A DNA stretch of 64,000 bases from Macrostomum hystrix (Eukaryota > Animalia > Platyhelminthes). The DNA is taken from positions 3,534,001-3,598,000 of the forward strand of contig CATNEN010000011.1 of the NCBI GenBank assembly GCA_950097015.1. The letters are read 5' to 3'. How positions within the stretch are numbered: position 1 is the stretch's first letter; every line of letters begins with the position of its first letter. The position numbers and the translations under genes were made by a program. Under the pieces are notes generated by a model. That model did not search any database and had not been told where the DNA came from. It worked only from the letters and a program-made list of their open reading frames with translations. Below are positions 1-12,800 of the stretch, one piece after another.

Positions 1-2850
1 GAAACTGAACTACTCCAGTGAGTGACCACAGTTCAGGTTGCAGCAGCTCGATTCTCAGCACCTCAGGATCAGCTAAAAAGTGTTTGCCGCTAAGTTATAC
101 TTTCAGTGCAGAGAAATCTCCATAGGCTTGGCAGGAGAAAGACCACGGTGAATACATCCAATGAACTCATTTTTCCTTTTTCTGCATCTCCTAATTTTCT
201 GCATTTTCTGCATCTGCATTAGACTTGTAATTCGACCAATCGCCATAAAAATCCAGAGCATAGGCTTAAATGTTTCTCTTTCCAATGAAACAACTTTTAG
301 AACAAAGCATCGGTATCATCGGGATATTCAACGCTTTTTTCGGGGGAGCTGATTGGCAGAAGCCATGTAAAAGCCATGTAGGCAGTTCTTTCTGCTCACG
401 ATATTTCATATGAGACCAATGTTGGCTGTTATTGTTGATAATATTGTATTGATAAAATTTCTATTTTCATTTTTTAACTAATATGTTTTTTCAATGGGAT
501 TACACCAAGCAATGCTAGTTGTCCTTGTCACCAGGGTCTTCGACAAGAATCGCAGAATATCTCGACGATGCTGAAGTCGGGTGGCTTTGAAAGCCAGTTC
601 ATCGTAAAAGGTGTTAATTTTAGATGCAAAGGTGGTCATTCGTATTGAGAGCTATCGTGAAGTTGGCTGTGGTTGTTTGAAATACTACCATGGTCTTTCC
701 ACGGGAAAGAGCAAACAGTAAATTACTCTCACATAGTAATTAACAGGGACCTACACGAAGGCAGTTTTAGATCCTGTAGAGCTGACACTCCAGCAAGTCT
801 ACACTTGATTTGGCGAATGCAACCATTTCTTGATAAACTGCCAAGATGCAATACTGATTTGATCGACTTGTAGCTGTGCGAGTGGTGCGACCACTAAAAA
901 TAGTTTTAGAATTTACGGTTTGAATTTTCAATGACGTTTGAAGTTTTTATGGTTATCAAAACAACAGCGAGTCGCATTGTATCGTACGGAAAATGGAACT
1001 TCGCTTTCAGAGCAGCTCAGCCAAATAAGGCAATAGTCAACATGATAGATGTCGTGGTGCAAAAGCGAAATGAATGTACCATTCGATGCTCTTCCAGTCC
1101 AGTGATGAAACATGGTTTGTATATTCGGTTTGGCGCAATCTTTAGAAATAAACACGCATAGTTTTTTTTAAAGTGATATAGCACTTGCGATAGTAAAAGC
1201 AGTAGAACTTTTAGTAGTTAAACCTGCCTACCTGTGCACAAGCCATCACAAACTGAAAATTGAAAATGAAATCCGGACTTTACAACAACACCATTAGTTC
1301 TGAAGACCAGAGTCACACTGCCAGTAAAGCTTCTCGCAACGTTTCTGTGAGGCCCACCAGTGATGTTAAATATGGATTCGTTAGTCACTGTTGGAAAGAT
1401 CCCATTGAACACTTGCAGCATGTCAAAGCCGCTTTCGGATTCAAACAACTCAATGTTGATATGAACAGTTTGATAACTCTCGGCGTGAATGCTCCATGCT
1501 TCGACTGTGTTGTCAAAATAATGATAATTGCTGAAGCCTGGGTGGCTAGTTCTTTGACCGCTGACTTCCTTGATTATCTCGACTGATGGAGCTGTACAAA
1601 TTAAATGTTTTTTCTATTTGATTATAACTTTTTAAAAGGAAATAATATACGAGTATACTGCTTGTAATGCATGTATGCAAATTATTGAATGAGATTCTTG
1701 TAATGCAAGTGAGTAACTACTCACCAGCTTCATAAATATAAAAAACCTGAGTTTTCTTGGGTGTAGCTAATTACCAGACTTTTTAGCCGTAGTGAATAAT
1801 TTGCTACAAAATTTCTACAAAATACTGCACGATGATAACACCGTGCAAGCGTAGTAGTTACTTTTATGCATAAAATAACAGCGATAAAAACTCACTTCGC
1901 AATGATCCCAATCCAATGAAAGCCACATTAAAAGAAGCAACAGCCCGATAGCTGAACTCAAAGCCTGATATCCAGTTCGCCCCGTTATTCTTGCACCGAA
2001 TCAGAACCGGGCTTGGCAGCCAAAACTCTGACAGAGTTACGTCATCAGGTCTTAGCCTGAAGCGCTCAGTTCTATTGCTTGGCGACACAGTCATCTCATG
2101 CAAGTGAACTGTACGGCAGATGCTGTCAAACATGAAGTACGTCAACTTTATAGCAACAGAACCGTTCGTTCTGATAACCCAGCAGTGATCGAACTCCGAT
2201 CCTGCGCCTCGATAGTTTGTTGCATCAACTGTTGCTCTAGCAGTGCCCGCCGGCTGGCCCAGGTTGGTGTATGTCAAGCATGAACCTGGGTGTGTTTTTG
2301 TGAAGGGAATAATGACAGTATTTAATGAGAATACTTGATTACAGGCCAGTGGTGTGTAGCCAAAAGCCCAGCCGAAGCTATTGCGCGGTGCATCTGGAGG
2401 CTGTGAACGGCTGGTCAGACCATCGACTCAGGGGATGACACTCAGCCTCAATTACCCCAGCTAATGCCGGTACCATTTTGACAGCTGGTTGAATGAAGTC
2501 AACGCAGATGTAAGTTTCTTAAATAAAAATGTGGACAAAGTGTTTAAGTGGAGCCAGGGAATCGAAACCCCGACCTTCAAGATGCTGTAACAGCTTGGAT
2601 ACAACCCCCTTTCGTCAGGGTAAATTGCATGAAACTAATCACGCAATCACGTGGGAATTTCATCAAAACTATTAGCAAGGTAAATTAAGGGATTTTTGTT
2701 TTAAATCTGTCAAATGCTTTGTATTGGTTCAAACTCCGTGGCTAGTTTGAATATCTCTTTTAAAAGTTTCATAACTTCTATATATATTAATAACTCACCG
2801 ACCAGACCGATGGAGCTAGTCATTAACAATACTATGATTTTGGCCCACAT
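1..2850 (-). CDS. CUB-CUB-(Ig-like)n-TM receptor paralogue 1 (3' part runs off the left edge)
   Basis: Exons with canonical GT/AG and matching phases: 2850-2799 (signal peptide MWAKIIVLLMTSSIGLV), 2285-1896 (CUB1), 1591-1232 (CUB2, FESESGFDMLQVFNG...LVFRT...SGF), 1139-988, 893-755 (module 1), 72-<1 (module 2 exon 1). Exon lengths (52/390/360/152/139) are identical to paralogues 2-4. Confidence 0.8.
2337..2610 (-). mobile_element. tRNA-derived SINE, family 1 (intron 1 of paralogue 1)
   Basis: On the minus strand: A-box/B-box head (GGTTTCGATTCCC), central CAGCTG..AAATGGTACC domain and body shared with copies at 5489, 19397, 48150 and 52505. Confidence 0.75.
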
Positions 2851-4787
2851 GGCCAAGTGCAGTGAACTCAAATGCTGTCTCGAAGCGTATTAAACTGTCC
2901 GACTTGTAATATATGAAAGGAATCGTTAGCAATGAACTACAAGGATATCAAGGAAATGCGCGCTCGTTCCTGTGAATATATTTATGGCTTTAGAAACACA
3001 TTTCAGAAAAGACAATTTATCTAGTCGTGTGCAGATTAGGGTAAAAGTATCTTTGCTAACAGTGGCATTTAAAAATATAAGTGAATGTGCCGAATTAAGG
3101 TCACAAGACCAGATAATGATAGCATCACGAAACGAGATAACATCTAGTTGTCAAGCAAGCCACTGTCAAGGACCACTAGAAAGAGAAGGACGCGGGACAC
3201 TTCGTTTCTAGGAAAAATTTTAAATACAGATTTTAACGTAAAATATACTATCGAGAGAGGAAGTTTTCACTTTTTTCACATAAAAATGTTGGCAACTTTT
3301 ATGGAAGCAGAGGCAATGCTGTTCTTTTAATATATCTTGCAAAACATGTAGCTTCACCAGAAAGCTTTATTTAAGAATAGTTGATCTTAATTATGTTTTT
3401 GTAAATTGTAATATGTGTGAAAATCTTGACAAACAAGTCTGTCTGTCTAGGACAAATTTGTCTAGGCTAGACAAACGTGCTGTAGCGTTAAGACGTTCGC
3501 ACATTAACTATTTTCAACACCGGGTTGGGTGTCTTACCATCCAGTTAATAGCAAAGATTATAAATTATAAACACCAATAAAACGTTATTGGCAGTGAACT
3601 TGATGTCCCAACACAATAATAACGAAGACAGATTGAACCCCCCCAATTTAGGCTAATTTAATTTGAGAATATTTATTTCGTTCGATTTCGGCTCTCACTT
3701 TACATCCGCGTTTTCTAATACAAATTTACGTTCTTCGGTGAGTTACACTATAAAGGAAAATTAACTCGACAAATTTAATGTTAGCAAAATAAAACGCGCG
3801 CGCACAAGTTTATGAAAGGATATGAGGATAGAGAAGGTAGCTGACCATATAAAAATAGTATAAATACAATTCCTAAGCTTGCTTAATTCTGCGCCTTACT
3901 CTGCTATACAGGCCACCTATGGTCTGCCGTTTCTGCGAAGTTCGGTACCTTCGAAGTTCGAGATACTCAGGGTCGAGGTCGCATACTCTGCAACAGAACC
4001 TCAGACAATAAAGACTAGGTATGCAGTATAGTATGTACAGCAGTATATACAGTATGTACATAGTTACTGCAAAATTGGCTAGTTGACGAAGTGACCAAAG
4101 TGACCAGTTGACGACCATTTGACGAAGTGAACAGCACCCGATACATAGACTTATTCTAGTTAGCTCTGTAACATGTGCAGTGGACCCTGCAAAGTCTTGC
4201 TGAGCCAAAAGTTGTATTAATGTCTTGCGTAACATAAATTATTAAGAAGAATTACGAAAAGCGACGAGTCAATATATTTAAATTAACTTTTTTGAACAAA
4301 TTAGCGTTTTTATTTTTAGAGTATCGGATGATGATCCAGAACTCTGAGTCAGAGCCAAGATCCGTAGCATATAAAACAATTAAAAAGCGAGCGACGTATC
4401 TTGATTCTTTGAATGGACTATAACGCGCATTATAAATATAAAACAAAACAAATTAGCAAGACGACATATAGAGCTACGATTGCTAAAATGCTTTAAAGAA
4501 CATTAAACTGCTTTTTTAATAATCATGAAGTGATAACGAGCTAATTACAAAAATATTTTAGCCATATCGCACATCCATTTAAAAGAGGTTTCTGTTTTTA
4601 GTATGAAGTCGAAAAAATCTTACGACGACAATTGTTTTCGACAATAGTGTGCTTTATCTATTACAATTCGCTACAGGATGCGTTCAATTACGGGTTTTTG
4701 GACAACCAAATCATCTATTGATGACATTTTCGCTACTCAACACATAATCTTGGCTAGTGTTGCACCACAAAGCATCCAAGCGTTTCA

Positions 4788-5040
4788 AAGGTCAAATTTC
4801 TTGAATAGAAAAGCTCCTCGCCCAGTGCAGCGAAGAATGACAGGACCGGCTAGCCTGAACTCCGACAGAGCAGCCTCTTTGCCTCGGATGAGAAAGTTCT
4901 CCATCTTTGCACATTCAGCTCCGCTCTCTCATGGAGACAAACTGTATCACAAATGCTCGCTTCATTAAATAGAGTTAGCTTGATCGCAGCCATTTGATGA
5001 GTCTTGATTATCGAGCACTAATCTACCTGCTGATAGGCTC
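4788..5040 (-). pseudogene. Decayed, divergent CUB1-like exon
   Basis: Minus-strand translation QQVD*CSIIKTHQMAAIKLTLFNEASICDTVCLHE / ENFLIRGKEAALSEFRLAGPVILRCTGRGAFLFKKFD aligns by eye with CUB1 (SEVDHCWVIRTNGSVAIKLTYFMFDSICRTVHLHE...ERFRLRPDDVTLSEFWLPSPVLIRCKNNGANWISGFEF). Contains an in-frame stop and a frameshift. Confidence 0.7.
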
Positions 5041-5434
5041 CTGTGAGCATAGCTAGCACAGGATCATATAGATCAAATGTAACTGAACGTTTTTGCGGTC
5101 TAAAGTAATTTTTTGATTTATACATGTCTGGAAACGATGAATTTGTGTAGTTTCAGCTTTTACTCGCATAAAAAGTAAGCATATTCTGTTATATTTAACT
5201 CACTGTTCGGAATAAAACATATCGCGGATGAGAAGCATGAAATGAATAAGCATAAAATTAGCGTAATCATGGTTAAGAAATTGAACTTTCTGTCTATTTC
5301 AGCGCCACAAGAACCGCTTGAATAATTTTCAGCGACAATCGACCTTAGGAATTTATAACCTAAAACTGATAATCAAAATATAAATTGACGACTTTAACGA
5401 CTCTATCCCAGTGTATTCACCATTGCCTGCATCG

Positions 5435-5487
5435 CCCAGTGCAGCGAAGAATGACAGGACCGGCTAGCCTGAACTCCGACAGAGCAG
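5435..5487 (+). repeat. 53-nt exact copy of 4821-4873 fused to the 5' end of a SINE
   Basis: Identical sequence cccagtgcag...cagagcag; lies inside the 13-bp target-site duplication attgcctgcatcg (5422-5434 / 5765-5777). Confidence 0.9.
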
Positions 5488-5488
5488 A

Positions 5489-5764
5489 GGTTGTAGCCTA
5501 GTGGTTAGGGCGTCGGACTCACGACCCGACTCCACTGGAACAATTTGCGTCCTTTAGCAAGACACTTAACTGTGCATTGCTTCAGTTCACCCAGCTGTTA
5601 AATGGGTACCAGCATCAGCTGGGATAATTGAAGGTGGGTGTGGCGTCCCCCCAGTCCGTGGACTAAACAGCTGTACTCAGCCTTCAGATGCGCCGCGCAT
5701 TAGCTGCGGCTGTGCTGTCGGCTGCACATCTGACCCAATTGGGCAGGTGTAATCAATTATTATT
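5489..5764 (+). mobile_element. tRNA-derived SINE, family 1 (full length, TSD-flanked)
   Basis: Head GGTTGTAGCCTAGTGGTTAGGGCG, central CCTTTAGCAAGACACTTAA...CACCCAGCTGTTAAATGGGTACC (resembles the CORE/Meta/Nin-type SINE central domains), (ATT)n tail and 13-bp TSD. The empty site is present in the duplicate at ~28255-28275. Confidence 0.85.
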
Positions 5765-6827
5765 ATTGCCTGCATCGTTGCTGTCTATCGGTAAACTACA
5801 CACAACTATCCATACAAAGATTGCGGTCTTAAATTTAGATAGTTTATTAATGAGCTAGAACATTTGTTTACTCCAACATCGGACAGTGACTTATAACTTA
5901 AGGCAATGTACAAAAGGCTGTCAAATACGGTTTAAGAAAATTATAGTCCTAAAATCACACTTACGAGTTCGGTATTATATATCAGTCATTTAAGATTGTA
6001 CAGTACAGGTGATTTGCGAATTCGCTTACGGAGAAAAGTGTTCTTCAAAGTGTTTTTCTATTAAACAAGAGTGTTGCGACCTGCATAAATGTGACTTTAG
6101 TCGTTCTTAGTCGGGTATTGTTTACTTGTGAAAAATGATTGTTGATCTTGAATAAGTAAAAGCTAAAGTATATATACTATAATAGGACCATAAACCAGTA
6201 ATAAAGAGCAATACAGGGAAGCATTTTACCATTTTTACATAAAGATAGACATGTTTAAATTAGTAGAAGTACAAGAAGAGGAAGTCCAAAGGTAGAAATT
6301 TACACTTTTAATTTCGAATCAGAAAATCGTCAAAATATTTTTGACCCTTCCGCTGAATGAAAAGTCAAATTACTGATTAAGTACAAGCTTTGATAGACGG
6401 GGCGGTAAAAAGTCGCTTAAGTATGTGTACATTTTTTTATATTTGTAGTGCATCGAAACAGCGAACAGACTATACGGTTCAAAAAAGATCAGGTATGACT
6501 TGTTTGCTTGTTTTCAAGAACTTTCGTCACCCTTCTTTCAAGAAACTTTTTACTCACGAATACGCTCGAAAAAAACGAACCCTCCCCCGCAGTGGAGAAG
6601 ACCGAACTTTCCATGCAACAGTCATATCAGTGTTCTGAGTTATTCATTGCCACAGTCGAACAACTATAATCAATCAACAGGTCACACAAGTGCAGGTAAG
6701 ATGGACGTCACTCAACGTAAACTTCGTCGAATTTAATCTAAAAACCGATGCACAAATATATTAAGTACTTTTGACAAAACTGTGCAATGTCCAAATAGAA
6801 TTAATTATTCAGAAACACTGCACTCAC

Positions 6828-9800
6828 AGCCGGCCCACACGCAATGGTCTGGTTCGGGTTGAAGGCGGCAACTCGTCCAGCAGCTGGCATCTCCGTTGCG
6901 GTCTCAGACTGACGGTTCGCGGACGGTCTCACGTGCGCTGCGCAGCTAAAAACAATCAAAGCCACGATGACTAGAATCGCAATCAGCAACGAAGTTATGA
7001 GTACTGGCCGCTCCCAGACTTCAGCAACCCTGACGCCAGCTGTGTGCGGTGTTGCAGGTTCGATTCGTTTTATGTGCAGCTGGTGCATTCAGCACACCAG
7101 TTTTCTATTCGCAAACTCACCAGTATTCGGGCTGGGTAGCTTGAGCAGCGCGAAACTGCCGTTGAGCAGTCGGCATTTGATGACTGCCGAGCTGGCGATG
7201 CCAGATGGATGAGCGACGATTGCGAAGTGTGTTACCACTGAGCTCAGACAGCTGGACCCAACTGGATCTGAGACCGTCTGAAAATGTTTGCTCAGATTCA
7301 TATGAATCACTTTGTTCAAGTTTTAATATAAACTTAGTCTAGTAAAAAAAATAAACAAAGTCTTACAAGCAGTCTTACAGTTTCCAGTTGTTTAGCAACG
7401 ATCGGTGGGACGTCACTGGTAGTTGTCAGCTCGCATTGGTGCCTCACAAAAGCACAGGTGGACTCAGACACGACTCGGAACTGAATCACCCGAGTAAGTG
7501 ACCACAGCTCAGGTTGCATCAGCTCAATTCTTGCAGTCTCCGGATCGGCTAAAATTTTAGTGATTTGTGCTCAGATATCGGATGAAATCAACGCAAAACT
7601 TATTGTAATCTTATTACTTAAAGGCATAGTTTTCTTAGCAATATAATTTGTCGGTGGACACATCAAATGCATTCATTTTTCCTTTTTCTGCATTTCCAAA
7701 ATTATTCGATAATCGGCATAAAAATCCAGATAATGGGCCTAAATGTCCCTTTCTTTCCGATGAAACAACTTCCAAGTACAAAGCATCAGCGTAATCGGAA
7801 TATTCAACGATTTTTGTCGGGGGAGCTGAATGGTAAAAGCCATGTAGGCAAAACTTTCTGCTCACGATATTTCATATGCAACCAATGTCGGCTGCTATTG
7901 TAGATAATATTGTATTGATACAATTTCTATTTTCATTTTTTAACTAATATGTATTTGCAATGGGATTACACCAAGCAATGTCAGTTGTCCTTGTCACCAG
8001 GGTCTTCGACAAGAATCGCAGAATATCTGGACGATGCTGACATCAGGCGGCTTTGAAAGCTACGCTCGTAGTTTATCGCAAAGGGCGTTAATTTTAGATG
8101 CAAAGGTGGTCATTCGTGTTGAGAGTCATCGTGAAGTTGGCTGTGGTTGTTTGAAATACTACCGTGGTCTTTCCACGGGAAAGAGCAAACAGTAAATTAC
8201 TCTCACATAGTAATTAACAGGGACCTACACGAAGGCAATTTTAGATCCTGTAGAGCTGACACTCCATAAAGTCTACACTTAATTTGGCGAATGCAGCCAT
8301 TTCTTGATAAACTGCCAAGATGCAATACTGATTTGATCGACTTGTAGCCGTGCGAGTAGTGCAGCGGCTAAAAATAGGTTTAGAATTTACGGTTTGAATT
8401 TTCAATGACGTTTGAAGTTTTTGCGCTTATCAAAATAAACATCAAGTCGCATTGTATCGTACGGAAATTGGAACTGCGTTTTCAGAGCAGCTCAGCCAAA
8501 TAAAGCAATAGTCAACATGATAGATGTCGTGGTGCAGAAGCGAAATGAATGTACCATTCGATGCTTTTCCAGTCCAGTGATGAAACATGGTTTGTATATT
8601 CGGTTTGGCGCAATCTTTTGAAAGAAATGCGCATAGTTATTATTAGACAGTAATATAGCTCATGAAGTAGCAATAGTAGCTGTGATTTTAGCAGTCGAAC
8701 CTGCCTACCTGAGCAAAAGCCATCACAAACTGAAAATTGAAACAGAAATCCGGACCTTACAGATAAGCCATCAGTTCTAAAGACCAGAGTCACACTGCCC
8801 GTAGCGTTGATCGCAGCGTTTCTGTGAGGCCCACCAGTGATGTTAAATATGGATTCGTTTGTCACTGTTGGAAAGATCCCATTGAACACGTGCAGCATGT
8901 CATAGCCGCTTTCGGATTCAAACAACTCAATGTTGATATGAACAGTTTGATAACTCTCGGCGTGAATGCTCCATGCTTCGACTATGTCGTTGAAATAATG
9001 ATAATTGCTGAAGCCTGGGTGGCTAGTTCTTTGACCGCTGACTTCCTTGATTATCCCGACTGATGGAGCTGTACAAAATAATATTTTTTCAATTAGATTA
9101 TAACTTTTGTAAAGGGAATGAAATACTACCTATAATGCATGTATGCAAATTATCGAATGATATTCTTGGAATGGAAGTGAGTAACTGCTCATCAGCTTCA
9201 TACTGTAGCAGCTAATTCACTTTTTATTTTTAACTCCTAATATTTAAAGATTCAAAGGGTACTTTTTGTTCCCCCTTTGGGGTACCTCTAATTTGCCTAT
9301 GGCCCTTGTTATCTTTTGGTTCAGTCGCCCGGTAAGGCTTGAATGTAACCCCACGACAAAACTAAATAAACAAGCACAAGCTTTTGCCGACACTTGAATA
9401 CAATCTAGCAACATTTGTAGCAAACCAGCTACAAAATTGGTAGCTGAGCGTTTCATCATGCCAAAACCCAGGAGACACGAACCAGGCACAGCAGAAGCCC
9501 AGCGTCAACAGCGGCAACCTGATGAAACGCCTAAACGCACGAGCGACAAATCACACAGCACGCAGTCAAACCGCCCGCGTTCTATCGCAAGTCCCCAGAA
9601 ATATGGTTCTGTCAGTTGGAATCCCAGCTCAAGTTAGCCGGCATCGTCAACCCGACAACCAAGTTCCACCACACACTGGCCGCTCTATCCGAAGACGTGG
9701 CTTGCTCATTCGATCTGGATACGGAAAACTATGCCTCACTTAAGTCGTCGGTGCTCGAATCGTTACGCGTAAACTGGCACCAGCGCATCGAAGAGGCACT

Positions 9801-12800
9801 GGCTGCAGTTGAACTCGGCGACCGCCGTCCATCACAACTGGTTAACGACATCAAGCGCAAGTTCAGCGAAGTTGGTCTGCAAGTCGATGATAGCATCGTT
9901 AAGTCTCGGCTCCTGTCGGCATTCCCGACTCATATCCGTTTCGCATTAGTCCGACACGAAGACCGTTGGATGCTTTCTCTAAAACCTCTGACAGCATGCT
10001 GGCGTGTCAGCCAGCACAACGCCGTTCGCCCCAATCAACCGGACTATCAACCGGTCCGCAGGAAACAAGAAAACTCCGTTTCGAGGAGGTAGACTCGATG
10101 ATTTTCAAGCCAACGAAAATTCTCCCCGCCGCCCTAAAATCTGCAACGGTCACCTGTACTACGCCGCGGAGGCCTGGAGGCCTGGTCAGAGGCCTGGACC
10201 GAAGCCGACGATGACACTCGCTAGCCGCCAACCTACTCCAAATCAATCCCGCTCAAGCAGCCCAACGCCGACAGTGACAACAAACTAGTGTGTCACGTGC
10301 CTCGGCTGAGCCGCGACCCCTCCCAGGCCAACACGTTATAACTGTTACAACTCCTGGTCTTCGTAGACCCTACCCTGCATCATTTATCGTTATCGACACT
10401 GCGCCAATACTCGGAGCCGATTTTTTCCTCAAGTTTAGGTTCCTCATCGATCTGAACACACGACGCATACAAGACCCAGCGACATCTCTTCACGCCAACC
10501 TCAGTCCATCGAGTGCGCAACTTCCCAAAATCAGCGCCACAACTCAACTGGAACCGACCACACCACTCAAGAATTTCTCGCGAGTACTGGAGGCGCCGGA
10601 TTACACCGCGCCACCCGCCACATCTGTGCGACACCACATCGAGACGACAGGTGAACCTGTATTCTGTCGACCTCGCCCATTATCCCCAGCGAAGTACGAA
10701 ATCGCAAGGTTGGAATTCGACAAGCTCCTACGCTTCGGTATCGTTCGCCCCTCGGCCAGTCCCTGGGCCTCCCCACGTCACATGGTTAAGAAGAGGGACG
10801 GCTCCTGGCGACCATGTGGCGATTATCGAGCACTGAACGCGGCAACCAAACCAGACCGTTACCCTATTCCGAATATCAATCATTTTCACCATCGTCTACA
10901 TGGAGCGAAAGTGTTCAGCATCCTTGACCTGGTTAAGGCCTACCACTTCATCCCGATGGCAGACACGAAGATATTGAGAAAACAGCGATCTGCACGCCGT
11001 TTGGCTCTTTCGAATACATTCGCATGCCATTCGGCGTGAGAAACGCCGCCAGCACATTCCAGCGATACGTAGATTCCGTCTTTAGCGACCTCCCGTTCGT
11101 AACATCTTTCATCGACAACATCTTGGTACACAGCCAGTCACGCGAAGAGCATCGGGCGCACATCGAAGAGGTGCTGCGACGTCTAAGCGACAAAGGTTTG
11201 GGCGTCAACTCAGAAAAGTGCCGTTTCTTTCGCGATTCAGTGGAATTTCTTGGCTATCTCGTCACTGCTGACGGTATCCGACCGCTTCCGGACCAAGTCG
11301 AAGCACTGCGGAAACTCGAGGCTCCCACTGAAATGCAATCACTACGGCGCCACCTTGGAATGTTAGGTTCTTATCAGCGGTGCATTCCTAACTACGCTGA
11401 GATCGCCACCCCGCTACGGCAACTCGTCACGGCGCCATTCACCATTCAATTGGACGAAGCGACGCGACGATGCTTTGAAAGAACTCCAGGACAGTCTGGC
11501 GAACGCAGTCACCCTGACTTTTCCACAAGCCAATGCCACATTCACAATCACAACCGATGCCAGCGCCACTGCCATCGGTGCAGCATTGCATCAGTTGGTA
11601 GCCGAGCAATCTTCCCCATTGGCATTCTACTCTCGCAAGCTCTCTGACACGGAAGAAGCTTACGGCACCTTTTATCGGGAACTGCTGGCTATTTTTTCCG
11701 CGGTCAAGACATGGAAATACATGATCCAAGGCCAACAAACCAACGTTTACTGCGACCACAAGCCCATCAATGGAGCGTTTAGAAATAGGAAAGAACGGTT
11801 TTCCGATCGACAACAACGCCAGCTCTCCGCCATCACGGAGTTTGTGAGCGAAATCATCCACATCTCCGGCAAGGACAACATCGTAGCCGACACGCTATCA
11901 AGACCGGTCCACCCATCCCAGGACCGGCCACCAGCCACAATTCTACTGCTTTCCGACCTCCCTCCATGTGTGGGCCTGCCAGCCGTTGCACGAGCACAGA
12001 AGGAAAACTCGGAGGATGAAGCCCAGACAGGCCGTTTCAACAACTTCAACATTGGAATCAAGGACTGCCCACTACGATGCGAAATCTCGCAGTCAAACCA
12101 ACGTCCGTCATCCCTAGGACTCTCCGAAGCGCTGTTTTTGACTCGGTGCATGCATTTGCACATCCTGGCCGCAAAGCCACGCAACGATTCATCGTCTATC
12201 GTTTTTTTCTGGCTAGGTATGGCTAACGACATCCAAAGGTGGGTAGCCGAATGTCAACAGTGCAAGACAGGTCGTCACGTTCAACGCCCGTTGCAACAGC
12301 TTCCAGCACCCTCTCAGCGCTTCACGACGGTCCATATCGATTTAGTCGGACCACTGCCACCCCCAGAGTCGACTGACGTTAGTCTAAGTCTAAGACCTCG
12401 CTACTTGCTCACAATGGTCGATGCCTATTCACGTTGGATTGAAGCCGCCCCTCTCATTGACATCACCGCCACTTCAGTCGCGTGCGCCTTCCTAGAATCC
12501 TGGATTTCTCGGTTCGGCCCACCATTGACGCTGGTGACCGATCAAGGCGTACAGTTCTGCGCGGACCTGTCGACACTGCTCGGAATCCCTCACATCCGCA
12601 CTTCAGCCTACAATCCGAGGGCAAATGGCATCGTCGAGCGAACTCACCGAACACTAAAGGCCGGGCTGAAAGCACGCGGCAAGTACTGGCTGCAGCAGCT
12701 ACCCATCGTGCTTCTCGGAATGCGCAGTTTCGCAGACGAGACAGATGCATCGCCATTCTTCATCGTTTCCGGTGAACAACCATTATTCCCACCTGTAGTC

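Noticed and set aside
931-1586. Conserved ORFs opposite the CUB/module exons (e.g. 931-1161, 1260-1586, 2098-2283 and their paralogous equivalents)
   Set aside because: Antisense shadows of real exons, conserved only because the DNA is duplicated.
3430-4140. Short palindromes and direct repeats (GTCTAG/CTAGAC, GTTGACGAAGTGA, TTCGAAGTTCG)
   Set aside because: Probably decayed transposon sequence; no termini, TSD or second copy in the window to support a call.
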